Positions 29,388 through 40,670 of a stretch of 64,000 nucleotides of DNA are shown piece after piece. The notes beneath the pieces were generated by a model. It made no database searches, was not told where the DNA came from, and saw only the letters and a program-made list of their open reading frames with translations. Position 1 is the first letter of the stretch. Every line of letters begins with the position of its first letter. The stretch is from Octopus sinensis (lineage: Eukaryota), in assembly GCF_006345805.1 (NCBI RefSeq), contig NC_043001.1, positions 23,374,001 through 23,438,000 of the forward strand, written 5' to 3'. Position numbers and translations under genes: made by a program.

Positions 29388-30349
29388 CTAGCAGTATCGC
29401 CCGGCGTTGCTTGGGTTTGTAAGGGAAGTAACTATATAAGCATTTTTAGAGAGTTATAGCCAAAAAAATGCATTAAAAATGGAAAAAAAATTATGGTAAA
29501 TTTTTTTTTAAATCGTTGACTCATCGTAGACATTTTTAGAGAGTTACTTCCCTTATATAATAGCGAAAAATGCATTAAAATGGAAAAGAATGATGGTAAT
29601 TTTTTTTTAAATCGTTGACTCATCGTAGACATTTTTAGAGAGTTACTTCCCTTATATAATAGCGAAAAATGCATTAAAATGGAAAAGAATGATGGTAATT
29701 TTTTTTTAAATCGTAGACGTGTGCTAATACCCAGAAGGGCTCGATATGAATCACGACTATAAGATACCCAGTTTTGGTTAAACTGCACCGCAAAATGTGG
29801 GAGTAGTTAGGAATCTAAATCGTAGGAGACAGACACACAACTTGACTTTTATATATAAAGACTAGCAGTATCGCCCGGCGTTGCTCGGGTTTGTAAGGGA
29901 AATAACTATATAAGCATTTTTAGAGAGTTACTTCCCTTATAAATTCGGGCTTTCTTAGCCATTTTTGTTTTGGTGTCTTCAAGCCATGAAGTCGTTGTTC
30001 TAAAAGAACGCTGGTCTCCTTCACAACGCATTACGACGTTGATTTCTTTACACTACCTTCCCCACAGCTTCACGAGGGAGGGAAGGGGGAGAAGCAAACA
30101 GGTGCAGCTGTGAGCATGGACGCCAACTCCGCCGCCATCGACACACGATGCATTTTATGCATTAAAATGGAATAAAAAATGATGTTAAATTATTTTTAAA
30201 ATCGTAGACTCATCGTTGACGCGCTCGATATGAATCACGACTATAAGATACCCGAATTTGGTTAAACTGCACCGCAAAATGTGGGAGGAATTAGGAATCT
30301 AAATCGAAGGGGACAGACACTCACACAACTAGAGTTTTATATATATAGA
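29388..30349 (-). mobile_element. Two head-to-tail non-autonomous Helitron copies (29388-29861, 29862-30349)
   Basis: Each reads 5'-TC(T)TATATAT...hairpin (CCCGAGCAACGCCGGG)...CTAG-3' on minus; A|T target site; internal 99-bp tandem units in the left copy. Confidence 0.85.
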
Positions 30350-30997
30350 TATGTGACAATTATTCGGTAGCCAAGATAAAACGCTGAGTTTTGGCATCCG
30401 AAACTCAGAGTTTTATCTTGGCTACCGAATAATTGTTACTTATATTTACAGATAAATTCCTCTATTTACATAATATTGAGGTCTTTTTCTTTCTCTTGTT
30501 ATCTTACCATTTTTTTACCAATATATATATATATAAGGTTGAGTAAAAAGTAAGCAACGTTTTGAAACATGAAATTCATCACAATATATTTCAACAATGC
30601 AGAAATCTTATTCATCAGAGTAAGTACCATTACAATCAACATATTTTTTCCAAGTTACAAGTTTGTTTATTCTGGTAACATTTAGAAATAGCAGTTAAAA
30701 ACTAACCAACAAATAGTTAATAAAAATTTTTGCTGAACCCTGATTATAATTATATTCATAATTTTAAAAAATTTTGTTTAAGTTTACTGATAATGGTTCT
30801 TTTAACATACCAAACTACTTGGTAAAATTATTAATTAATTAATTTTACCCTTAATTATTGTATATATGTATATAGATAGACAGATATAGATATATGTGTG
30901 TGTGCAAGCATGAAGGTACACTGGCACTACATCTTAGAGTGTACTTCTCCGGATTTATATTTTCTACAAACAATGTATATACATATATATATATATA

Positions 30998-33190
30998 GGG
31001 AAGCTTTATGAAAATAGACAAAAGACGAAGGCAGGTGGAAAACAAACAAACAATTGTATTAGTATGGCGCTCAGGAAATATAAATAAAACAAGTCTTTAA
31101 CGTTTCGAGCCTACGCTCTTCAACAGAAAGATACACAGAGGAAAAAAAACACAGAAAGAAGGAGAGAAAAAAATATGCGTGCAGTAACTAACGAATCAAC
31201 ATGCCGATCTGATTTCGGCCAGAAGTCAAAGATCAAACATGAGACGCGAGAGCGAAATTAGGGGAGATAATAGGGTTGAATGACCTACTCCAACATAAGG
31301 GTGTGTGTGTGTGAGAGAGAGTATTAGTGCGTATGAGAGGTCTGGATGTGTGTATGTATATATGATGTGATGTGTAAAGTCGTGTAGTGTGGAGAGAGGG
31401 GGAGGGGGAGGAGGAAAGAGGGAGAGAGAAGGGGAGTGAGGGAGGGAGAAAGTGGGAAGAAGGGAAGGGGAGTAGGGGTGAAAGGATGAAGGACTGAAGA
31501 GAAGTAGGTGTCGGGGGGAGAGTTGAGACCAAATGGCGTATAAGAGCGAAGAGAGAAGATTAATTCCTGTTCATGGCGCAAACGGGAATCCGGATGGCCT
31601 CTGTGTAAGGACAAACCGAACACAGACAGGTGTTGCAAGGAGTGACCGGTGGAGCGGAAATGGCGTGAGACCGGTGTGTCATTCGCAAGGTGGATGTCAC
31701 GAAGGTGTTCCGCGAACCGGTCAGCCAAGCGCGTCCTGTTTGTCCGATGTACAAGGAATGGCAGAGAGAGCAAGAGACACAATAGATAATATTGCTGGAG
31801 GTGCAGGTGAAGGAGTTGATGATGCGATAGGGTCGATGATGGGTGCTAGTGAGGAGGGTGGTGTTGGAGAGGTAAGGGCAAGTGCGGCAACGTGGGCGGG
31901 AGCAGGGGACCGAGCCGGGTTGGGAGGTAGGGTCAGGGAAGGAGCTATGGACTAAAAGGTCTCGAAGGTTGTGGGCTCGTTTAAAAGAGGGGAGGGGTCG
32001 GTTAGGGAAGAGGTGTGAAGTGGACGGGTCGGACTGGAGATGACGGAAAGCTCGAAGTATGGTGCGTTGGAGAGGTAGGGTCGTGGGGTGGTGAGGGGAA
32101 AAGGGAGACGGGAGACTACAGGGCGGGTTCGGGGAGAGAGAGCAGATACACGGTCCACGGACCGTGCTCTGGCAAGGGCGGTGTGGATAGTGGTGAGGGG
32201 ATATCCACGTAGGGTGAAGTGGTGAGCCATACGTTGAGACTGAGTCTCAAAGTCGTGGTCGTCACTACAGAGCCTACGTAGACGGAGGAATTGGGAATAG
32301 GGGATGGAAAGCTTGGTGTGTTCTGGGTGGGAGGAAGAGAAGTTGAGGTATGAGTGTGAGTCTGTGTGTTTGTAGTGAATGGAGGTGGTAAGAGTGGAGT
32401 GAAGAATGCTAACCGAAATGTCGAGGAAGGAGACAGAGGTGTTGGAGATAGTGGAAGTGAAGTGGAGGGCTGGATGGAAAGATTGGACGAAAGAGAGGAA
32501 GGAATCTAGATGTTCACGGGGCAGTGAGGTGGCACCGATAATGTCGTCAATGTAACGACCATATATTTCAGGAGTGGGACCAGTGAAATTAGAGAATATT
32601 TGGGCCTCAACATAGCCAACGAACAGGTTCGCATAGTTGGGGCCCATTCGCGTTCCCATGGCCACTCCCGAGACCTGATGGTAGAACTCGCCCGTGAACG
32701 AGAAGCAGTTCAGAGTAAGGACAAGTTCGGCCAGACGAATGAGTGTGGAGGTGTCAGGTTCAGGGTTGGAGCGGAGGTCAAGAAAGTGTTGAAGGGCCTG
32801 CAGTCCTTCGTGGTGAGGGATAACAGTATAGAGGCTTTGGATGTCCATAGTAAAAAGGATTTTGGAGGAGCCGGGAGGAAAGGAGAAAGAGTTGAAAAGC
32901 CGGAGAGCATGGTTGGTATCGTGGATGTGGGAGGGAAGAGATTCCACTAGGGGGGCAAGGACACGGTCGAGGTATTTAGAGATGAGCTCCATGGGGCAGT
33001 TACAGGCGGAGACGATGGGTCGGCCAGGGTTGTTGGGTTTGTGGATTTTGGGGAGGAAGTAAATGGTGGGGTTCGCACAATTAGGTTGGATGCAGTGTGG
33101 GGGAGACGGGAGGACGAGATGAGGTTGCGGACAGTAGAGGATACCATCTGTTGGTAGCTACGTGTGGGGTTTGTCGATGGAAAGTAGAAG
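30998..33190 (-). mobile_element. Penelope-like retroelement (Neptune-type): RT, Cys linker, GIY-YIG; 5'-truncated and frameshifted
   Basis: ORF 31952-32992 has MDIQSLYT, GVAMGTRMGPNYANLF, RYIDD and FLD; followed by PCSRPRCRTC, NIIYCVSCSLC..YIGQTGR and RFAEH...GLN; hammerhead-like motif in the 3' tail. Confidence 0.92.
31094..31131 (-). ncRNA. Minimal hammerhead-like motif in PLE tail (core variant CUGUUGA)
   Basis: Minus strand TCTTT-CTGTTGA-A-GAGC(GTAG)GCTC-GAAA-C-GTT-AAAGA; stems I and II pair, one core substitution. Confidence 0.6.
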
Positions 33191-33239
33191 AAACCTGTTG
33201 TATATACATATGTGTGTGTGTTTGTTCCCCACCACTGAA

Positions 33240-33640
33240 ATCAAATCAAATCAAAATCGCTGACATGGCCGATGACAGGACCGCCTGATTGGCACTTGTG
33301 CCAGTGGAACGTTAAAAGCATATCCAAGCGGGATCGTAGCCAGGGCCTCAGATCGGCTCTTGTACCGGTGGCATGTAAAAAGCACCATTCAAGCGTGATT
33401 GTTGCCAGCGTTGCCTTACCAGCATATGTGCTGGTGGCACATGAAAAAAAAACATTCGAGCATGGTCATTGCCAATGCCGCTGGTCTGGCTTCCATGGTC
33501 ATTGCCAGAACCACCTGACTGGCACGTAAAAGCACCCACTATGCTCTCGGAGTAGATTGGCGTTAGGAAGGGCATCCAACTGTAGAGACTTTGCCAGATC
33601 AGATTGGAGCCTGGTACAGCCTTCTGGCTCGCCAGTCTGA
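33240..33640 (+). mobile_element. SINE-like repeat, family B
   Basis: Repeated tggcacgtaaaaagcacc modules and aggaagggcatcc core. Confidence 0.75.
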
Positions 33641-33644
33641 GAAA

Positions 33645-34270
33645 ATAACATTCTTCTACTGCTCTAGGGACCAATTCTGTAGGTTTTTACTCCACTCTAA
33701 ATGCTTTGCAACATTTGTTTTTGAATGTAGTAGTCTTCTGATTGCAGCCCTCCCATGAAATCTGACATTGTGCAGCTCCCGGCGAAAATTTTTTGTGGAA
33801 ACTGGGTTCTCAAGGTAGTCATTAAGTTCTGCAGTAATTTTGGGAGCTGTACTTTCATGATCCTTTCTAACAATTCGCAAAAGTGTCTGACGGGCCCTTT
33901 CTGAAAGTTTTGGTTTTCTTCTGGAGTTTTGTTTCAATGAGGAGGTTTTTCCTTCTTTCTCAAAGGCTGTCATTACTTTCAAGACAGTATTTCTTGATCC
34001 ACCAAACATTTCAGCTGTTTTCTTTATGCTAATGCCTGCCATACGAGCACCAACAATTTTCCTCTTTGAAAGTCCGATAGATCTGTCATTTTAATGAATT
34101 TTAATTACCTTTTTCTGATGATATCTGAAAAGAAACAGCAATTTTAGCAAAACATATTAAGCAACACTAATAATAAATCAAAAAACTTTAAAATAAACAA
34201 GCTTTTGATGGTTTTATAGATATTTAAAAATTATGATGTTAGGTGTTTCTATTATTTTGTCCAACCCCTG
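33645..34270 (-). mobile_element. Tc1-like transposon, 5' part (TIR and N-terminal transposase)
   Basis: TA-CAGGGGTTGGACAAAATAAT TIR ending at 34270; MTDLSDFQRGKIVGARMAG...RKPKLSER HTH domains. Confidence 0.85.
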
Positions 34271-35202
34271 TATATAGGCTTCTTATACACACACATCCAC
34301 ACACACACACATATATATGATAGGCTTTTTTCAGTTGTTTCAGAATACCAAATACACTCACAAGGTGCTGGTCAGCTGGAGGTTATAGTAGTTGACACTT
34401 TCCCAAAGTGTGGCACAATGGGATTGAACCCAACACCACATGGTTGGGAAGCAAGCTTCTTACTGCACAGCCACAATGTTTGGAGAAATTTTATACAGAA
34501 ACTATGTAGCCTTTTATTAACTAAGATTAATAGGGACCATAGTTTTTAAGGATTGGAAACTTTAGTTTGTAGGATTAGAAACCTTGATTGTATTCTTCAG
34601 CTTTTGGAGAAGTAAAACAAGGATAACAAGAGCACCCAGAGAGCACAAACTTCCACCAAGACAACACCAACATCCTCTCAAAGATTAGCCCGAAATGATT
34701 TTTAAAATGAGAATATCTGAAATGAACTTGACTGCTCTCACAAACGAGAATACTAAAAATGAACCTGACCGCTCTCAAAAATTAAGTAAAAAAAATACAG
34801 GAAAAAATAATCAAGAATCCTTGTCTGGTACTGGATTGATCCCAAAATATAATCAGTTCATGCCAATCACAAGGCCAAACATCCCTGAAAGTTTCATCCA
34901 AATCTATCCAATGGTTCTTGAGATATCTTGTCCATTGACCTCTGCCTTCGCTAAGGCGGAGGTAATAAAATATAAGTGAAATGCTTTTTGTTGTTCTTAT
35001 GAATGACACTGGTATTTCATGGTATAGAATTCAAGTATTTTTCCATTTAATAACAAAGCAACCAGGGACATACAATTAGTGCTTAGGTTGACTTGTTGCT
35101 TGAACTTAAACAGGAACTGGAAAAGCAGGTATAATATAGCTGCCTAATGATTGGCTTTGAACAAGGTGCTTGTTAAATGTAATAAAAATATAAACTCTAT
35201 CA

Positions 35203-35760
35203 GGTGTGACTGTGTGGTAAGAAGCTCATTTCACAACATGGTTCCAGGTTCAGTCCCACTGCATGACACCTTGGGCAAGTGTCTTCTACTATAGCAGGGG
35301 TCCCCAAACTTTTTAGACCATCAACCCCGTCATGGAGTCCTTAACCCCTCACCGACCTCCAGGCATATACAAGAAAATAAATAAATAATAATAAGGATAA
35401 TAATTAGGTTGATGTGCATTCACCGACCCCTTGAATAGTCTCATCGACTCCTGCTCCAGGGGTTGACGTTGACCACTTTGGAGACTCCTGTACAATAGCC
35501 TCAGGCTAAACAAAATCTTGTGAGTGAATTTGGTGGATGAAAACTGAAAGAAGCATGTTGGTTATGTGTGTGTGTCTTTGTGTTTGTCACCACTAACACT
35601 TAACAACCAGTGTTGGTTTGTTTACATCCCTGTAACTTAGCAGTTTGGCAAAAGAGACTGATAGGATAAGTTCCAGGTTTTAAAAAAGAAAAATAATTAG
35701 TACTGACAAAAACCCTTCAAGGCAGTGCTCCAACACGGCCACAGTCTAATGACTGAAATA
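35203..35760 (+). mobile_element. SINE family A interrupted by a hAT MITE
   Basis: SINE sequence resumes at tagcctcaggc after the insertion. Confidence 0.75.
35295..35490. mobile_element. hAT (Charlie-like) MITE
   Basis: TIR CAGGGGTCCCCAAA / TTTGGAGACTCCTG; 8-bp TSD TACTATAG/TACAATAG. Confidence 0.85.
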
Positions 35761-36611
35761 AATAATCTATATCTATAAAAGAGAGTTTGTATGTGTGTGT
35801 GTGTATGTTCCTTTTGCATTCCAAAACTGAGTCGTTGATTTTGACATAAGGGGTATCAAAAGATTCAGTAAGCTACCAACTAAACTGTATTGTCCTTCAC
35901 TTATTTGCATTACAAAAATTTAACATCATTTTTCTTTCAGTCACCTATTGTAAACAACATCTTTTACAACAACCACCACCACAATGACGTCACATTTTCT
36001 ATTTGAGTGTTTTTGCACTCATATAGAGAGTGAGTGAACGTGTGTGTTTTCATGTATGTGTAAGTGGCACTCACTCACTTTCTCTCTCTCCCTCTCTCTC
36101 ACACTCACAAATACACCCATTTTATATATACGTTCATACATTTTTCACTTTCTTCTCTCTTTCACTTTAACACAAAAGTAAATAAATAAAAATTTTTTTA
36201 CAGAAATTAACAAGCAAAATAGCTGATCCAGATGACAGTTTGTTGACAACTTTGAGAGTTATAGTGAAACATAGTTGCAGCTCATTATTTATCTACCAAA
36301 TAAGCAATGTTTTTCACCTAACAACTCTCTTTTACAACTAAAATAACCTCGGCAACTATGTTGGGTTGCACAATTTTGAGGTCATTTTTGGACAATATTT
36401 TCATTTGCTTCTAATGTTTCACTTTTGTCTGATGCATAGAATCTTACTCAGACAAACATTTATGAAAATCTACATGTAAATATTATATTAAAATAAGCCA
36501 CAACCAAAAAAATTGCACTAAAAGACATCCATTTCTCTATGTGTTATATGAGAAATGTAGTCACTCTCTCTCTCTCTCACACACACAAAAAAGATGTATG
36601 CATATATATTT

Positions 36612-36696
36612 ATAGGTGAAGGTAAAGAATATGCACACCCAGCGTTTAGGGTTATGCCGAAAACAGGTGGTGTACATATTCTTTACCTCCACCTAT
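36612..36696. mobile_element. Mini inverted-repeat element (TIR core GGTAAAGAATATGCACACC)
   Basis: 28-bp imperfect inverted arms; same core at 46189-46298 and 53221-53428. Confidence 0.7.
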
Positions 36697-38189
36697 TTAT
36701 GTACATATAAATGAAAGATAGAGTGTGTGAAAAAGAGAGAGAGAGAGAGGAGAGAGAGCGAGTGAGTGACACTTACACATACATGCAAAAAATTCATTCA
36801 TCACAATACACCTTCATTCACTCACTCTCTCTTTTTCTCTCTCTCACACACACCCACGTCCATTTCATATACACATACATCTTTCACGTTCTCCCCTCTT
36901 TTACTTTCTCCTCTCACTTCAAAGAAAATGTCACCTTTTTGCTTTTTTCTCTTTCAATTTCTGCTCTCTTCAAAGCATAAAGAAATTAAAAGAATTTTAT
37001 GGAAATTAACGAACAATCATATATGTCGAGTTGACAATTTTGCTTCTTCAAACGAAAGAATGCCATAAAATAACTTCCTTTGACGCACACACACACACAC
37101 ACAGAGATACATACACTCTAGGTAACACTTCTGTGCAAATTATGTTATTTCTTGCAGTATGCATGCTCAAAATTTAAAGCTCAAATCCAATTGAAATAAT
37201 CTTTTTCTGTTGTGTAATTTGTGTTTGTGATGAGGGTATATAAAAACCTGATCTTCAATATAAACTGAAAAGAAAGTTTTCCCAGAAATCCTGTCTCTTA
37301 CTGCTTCTTTCTAGCATGTCCGTGGTGACATTTCCACTCCCTTGCTTAATTTTTTACCTAAATTTCTTCCAATTCTGATGTTTGCAATACAGGAGATTAG
37401 GATTTCACCCACAAAACACGTTCCCAGTATTTTAATTTTCTCCCTCTCCACACCAAATTAATTTTTTACTTTTTTCAACTATTTTTTTCTTGGCAATCCA
37501 TGAAGAAAAAACAGAGAGTACAAATCTCTAAGAATTTTACCCATCACTTCACCATTTTCAAAAAGCTACACACTCCCAATGTTTCACTTTTAGCTTTTTG
37601 GAAAGCAGAGAAGTTTCTTCAGAAATAATGTTGTTTACCTGTTGTTTCTAGCACGTTGGATTTTCTGGTGGTGGTCTAGAATTTTTTAAGTTTGCTGAGG
37701 AAGGAAGGAAGGAAGGAAGGAAGGGAGGGAGGAAGGAAAGAAGGAAGGAAGAAAGGAAGGTGTGCAGATAGTCTCTGACAGTTGTTCACCCATTTATACT
37801 TTTATTATATTAGTTTTTTCATGCCTTAATCCAAACATCTGTTCATGAAGAAGTTGTAATAGCACTCAAGAATAATACCAGTAATTAGCTATCATCCTAG
37901 GGCCCCGTTGCTTATTTAAAAGCTGGTTAATGATTGCTTTTCCCACTACTTTACATCGTTTGTTTGTTTTTTTATTCATTTACTTGTTTATTTTCACAAA
38001 GGTGGAGAAGTTTTTGTAGGATAAATTAAGTTGTTTTTACAGCTGGATGCAATTCTTACTATACCTATTTTTGTCAAGAAAGCAAACTAAAACAAGCATA
38101 GTTTTGTCCCTTGCTAGGGATATCTCACACACACACACACACACACACAAATACACTCAGTCATTCATACACACACACTCATACATACA

Positions 38190-38370
38190 TACATTTATAC
38201 CAATAATAATTGGAGCACTTGGTTTTGTTGGTAAATGCCTAACTGTCAGTCTGAATAAGCTTGGATTCTCAGAATGAGAAATCAACCAACTGATTTGCAT
38301 ATTACAAATACATTCGGTAAGCAGAACAGTAAAACTATGCAAGACTTTTCTAAGGTTTAAAATGTGACAT
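38190..38370 (+). mobile_element. R4/Dong-like LINE 3' fragment
   Basis: FIPIIIGALG...VKLCKTFL resembles the C-terminus of REL-endonuclease LINEs; embedded in microsatellite. Confidence 0.5.
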
Positions 38371-39017
38371 TGTTTTCATTCCCAATGACAGAGCTTTGTA
38401 TCTTTGTTAGAAAGTAGCTCCTTCTTCAGAGGAAGAGTTTCAATGATTAAATACAGAACATGCATACATACATATATATTTACATACATATACACTCACT
38501 CACACACACACACTTTTTTTTTATTTGGCCCCTGTGCCAGTGGCATGTAAAAAGCACCCACTACATTCTCAGATTGGTTGGTGTTAGGAAGGGCATCCAG
38601 CTGTAGAAACTCTGCCAGATCAAATTGGAGCCTGGTGCAGCCATCTGGTTCGCCAGCCCTCGGTCAAAATCCTCCAACCCATGCTAGCATGAAAAGTGGA
38701 CGTTAAACGATGATGATGATTACATACATAATGGGTATATATATCTATATCTATACACACACATACATTATATACACTCTATACATGCATATATCTGTAT
38801 ATATCTCACAAATATACTCTATACATGCATATATCTGTATATGTTAGTATGTGAGATTTACTTTCTTCCTATTATTGTTTTCTTTTATATTTTACTTGCT
38901 TTTCTCACCTTGCCTCTCTCTTTCTCTCCCTCACTCTCTCTCTCTCTCTCTGTTTCACTCACATGGCTTTTTATTTCACTTTCTCCTGTTAATCTGGACT
39001 CCCACTTACTTTTGCTA

Positions 39018-39072
<55 letters not shown>

Positions 39073-39238
39073 TGAAGTATATTTGCCACCTAAATGTGGC
39101 GGACCCATAGGGGACAATGCTACTGCTGATTATAGCCCCAGGAAGACATCTCCTCCAGCTGGCTAATGACACACTATCCGTGTCCCATTAGCATTTGCGA
39201 AGGGAAATCATCGTTCCCATCTCTACCCTTACATGATA

Positions 39239-39283
39239 CACATGGACCCAGGTTTCTGAGTAGTAACCTGTCATCAGCATGTG
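39239..39283 (-). ncRNA. Type I minimal hammerhead ribozyme motif, copy A
   Basis: CACATG-CTGATGA-caggttactactca-GAAA-C(CTGG)G-TC^CATGTG; core and 6-bp stem I intact, stem II degenerate. Confidence 0.7.
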
Positions 39284-39398
39284 ATAATCACCCATTCCAA
39301 ATGCAAAATACTATATGCTTTTTCCAGTGACAAAAAAGGAGAAACAATCAATAATAAATCTATAGATGGTCGTGATCACCATTATAGATAGTGGTCTG

Positions 39399-40001
39399 TG
39401 TAGTGAGACCATCTAATGTTGACTCATATCAGAAAGCTGAAATAATACATATAATGTTCCAGTTGGAAAAGAGAAGAGACCCAACAGAGTAGAAGGCTTA
39501 TGAAAGATTTATTGATATATTTACATACATCTGTGTGGGTTTTATGTTTGCTGTTAACCATGGTGAGGTAGTTCACAAACAGTGCTATGTTATAACTTGT
39601 GCAGTGTTGCTGGTGCTGTGTAAGTAGAGATGTTTTTGATGACATTGGTGAGAGACATGATAGTGGCGATGAGGATGGAGGTCACTGTAATGCTGTTGGA
39701 TGGTTGTTGTCTGGCGTCGTCACTGGAACTGGCTGTGTTGTGTGGTCAGTGGCTAAACCTTAGAAGCTCTGGAACCAACAGATCTTGAGACAAGGAGAAG
39801 TTGAGGTTTTATAAGTAATAGTAGGCTCAAATTGGAGCTTAGAAAAGACTGTCTCATGTGATCTCCTTTAGGGACTTTGATTGGTTAGGTTGCATATTGG
39901 CGCGCTAGAGTAAGAGACAAATTGCGCCAGTACCAACCAATCAGAGTGGTGGACACAGCAGGGTCCAAATAGTGCCCAAAGGTTAGCTGTTATCTGCTAC
40001 A
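39399..40001 (-). mobile_element. Solo LTR (Gypsy-like), 603 bp
   Basis: TGTAG...CTACA termini; 4-bp TSD TCTG/TTTG; on minus, CCAAT boxes, TATAAAA (39807-39813) and AATAAA (39508-39513) in LTR order. Confidence 0.75.
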
Positions 40002-40264
40002 TTTGAATGTACGTAAAAAATAATAAAGGTGAGAGGAATTTCACTAGAGTGTACAGTACAAATCTCTGAGCGAGACATAAACAGTAGCAGCATGGAATCA
40101 TGAAGTATATTTGCCACCTAAATGTAGTGGACCCATAGGGGACGATGCTACTGTTGTTTATAGCCCCAGGAAGACATCTCCTCCAGCTGGTTAACGACAC
40201 ACTGTCTGTGTCTCATTAGCATTTGCAAAGGGAAATCATCGTTCCCGTCTCTAGCCTTGTGATA

Positions 40265-40309
40265 CACATGGACCTGGGTTTCTGGGTAGTAACCTGTCAT
40301 CAGCATGTG
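40265..40309 (-). ncRNA. Type I minimal hammerhead ribozyme motif, copy B
   Basis: CACATG-CTGATGA-caGGT(TACT)ACCca-GAAA-C(CCAG)G-TC^CATGTG. Confidence 0.75.
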
Positions 40310-40499
40310 ATGATTACCAGCTAGCGATGAGTACTCATTCCAAAAGCAAAATACTATATGCTTTTTCCAGTGACAAACTGTTGCTGACCTCAAAAAAGGA
40401 GAAACAAGCAATAATAAATCTCAGAGCGAGACAGCTTTTAGAAAAACATAAATCCAGAGTAGAAGCACACCCTAAAAAGTACAGCAGTCTGTATTTTCT

Positions 40500-40670
40500 C
40501 CTGGTGAAGGCGGGTTTATGGGGTTAACCCTGGGTTTCCCATCCATAAAGGGTTTAACCTTGTCTCACCTCCATATTCTAAAGAGGTCTTAGGGTCTGAC
40601 GATATGCCATAAGGTTAAACCCTTTATGGATGGGAAACCCGGGGTAACCCCATAGACTGACTTTCATCAG
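40500..40670. mobile_element. Foldback/MITE-like element with ~62-bp inverted arms
   Basis: GGGTTTCCCATCCATAAAGGGTTTAACCTT and its reverse complement, extending out to CCTGGTGAA / TTCATCAGG. Confidence 0.7.

Larger units (their letters stand above)
39069..40432 (-). repeat. Hammerhead-containing tandem repeat (~356-bp unit; retrozyme/pLTR-like) interrupted by a solo LTR
   Basis: Copies 39069-39361 and 40060-40415, plus the start of a third (AAATCTCwGAGCGAGAC at 40060 and 40416). Confidence 0.8.
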
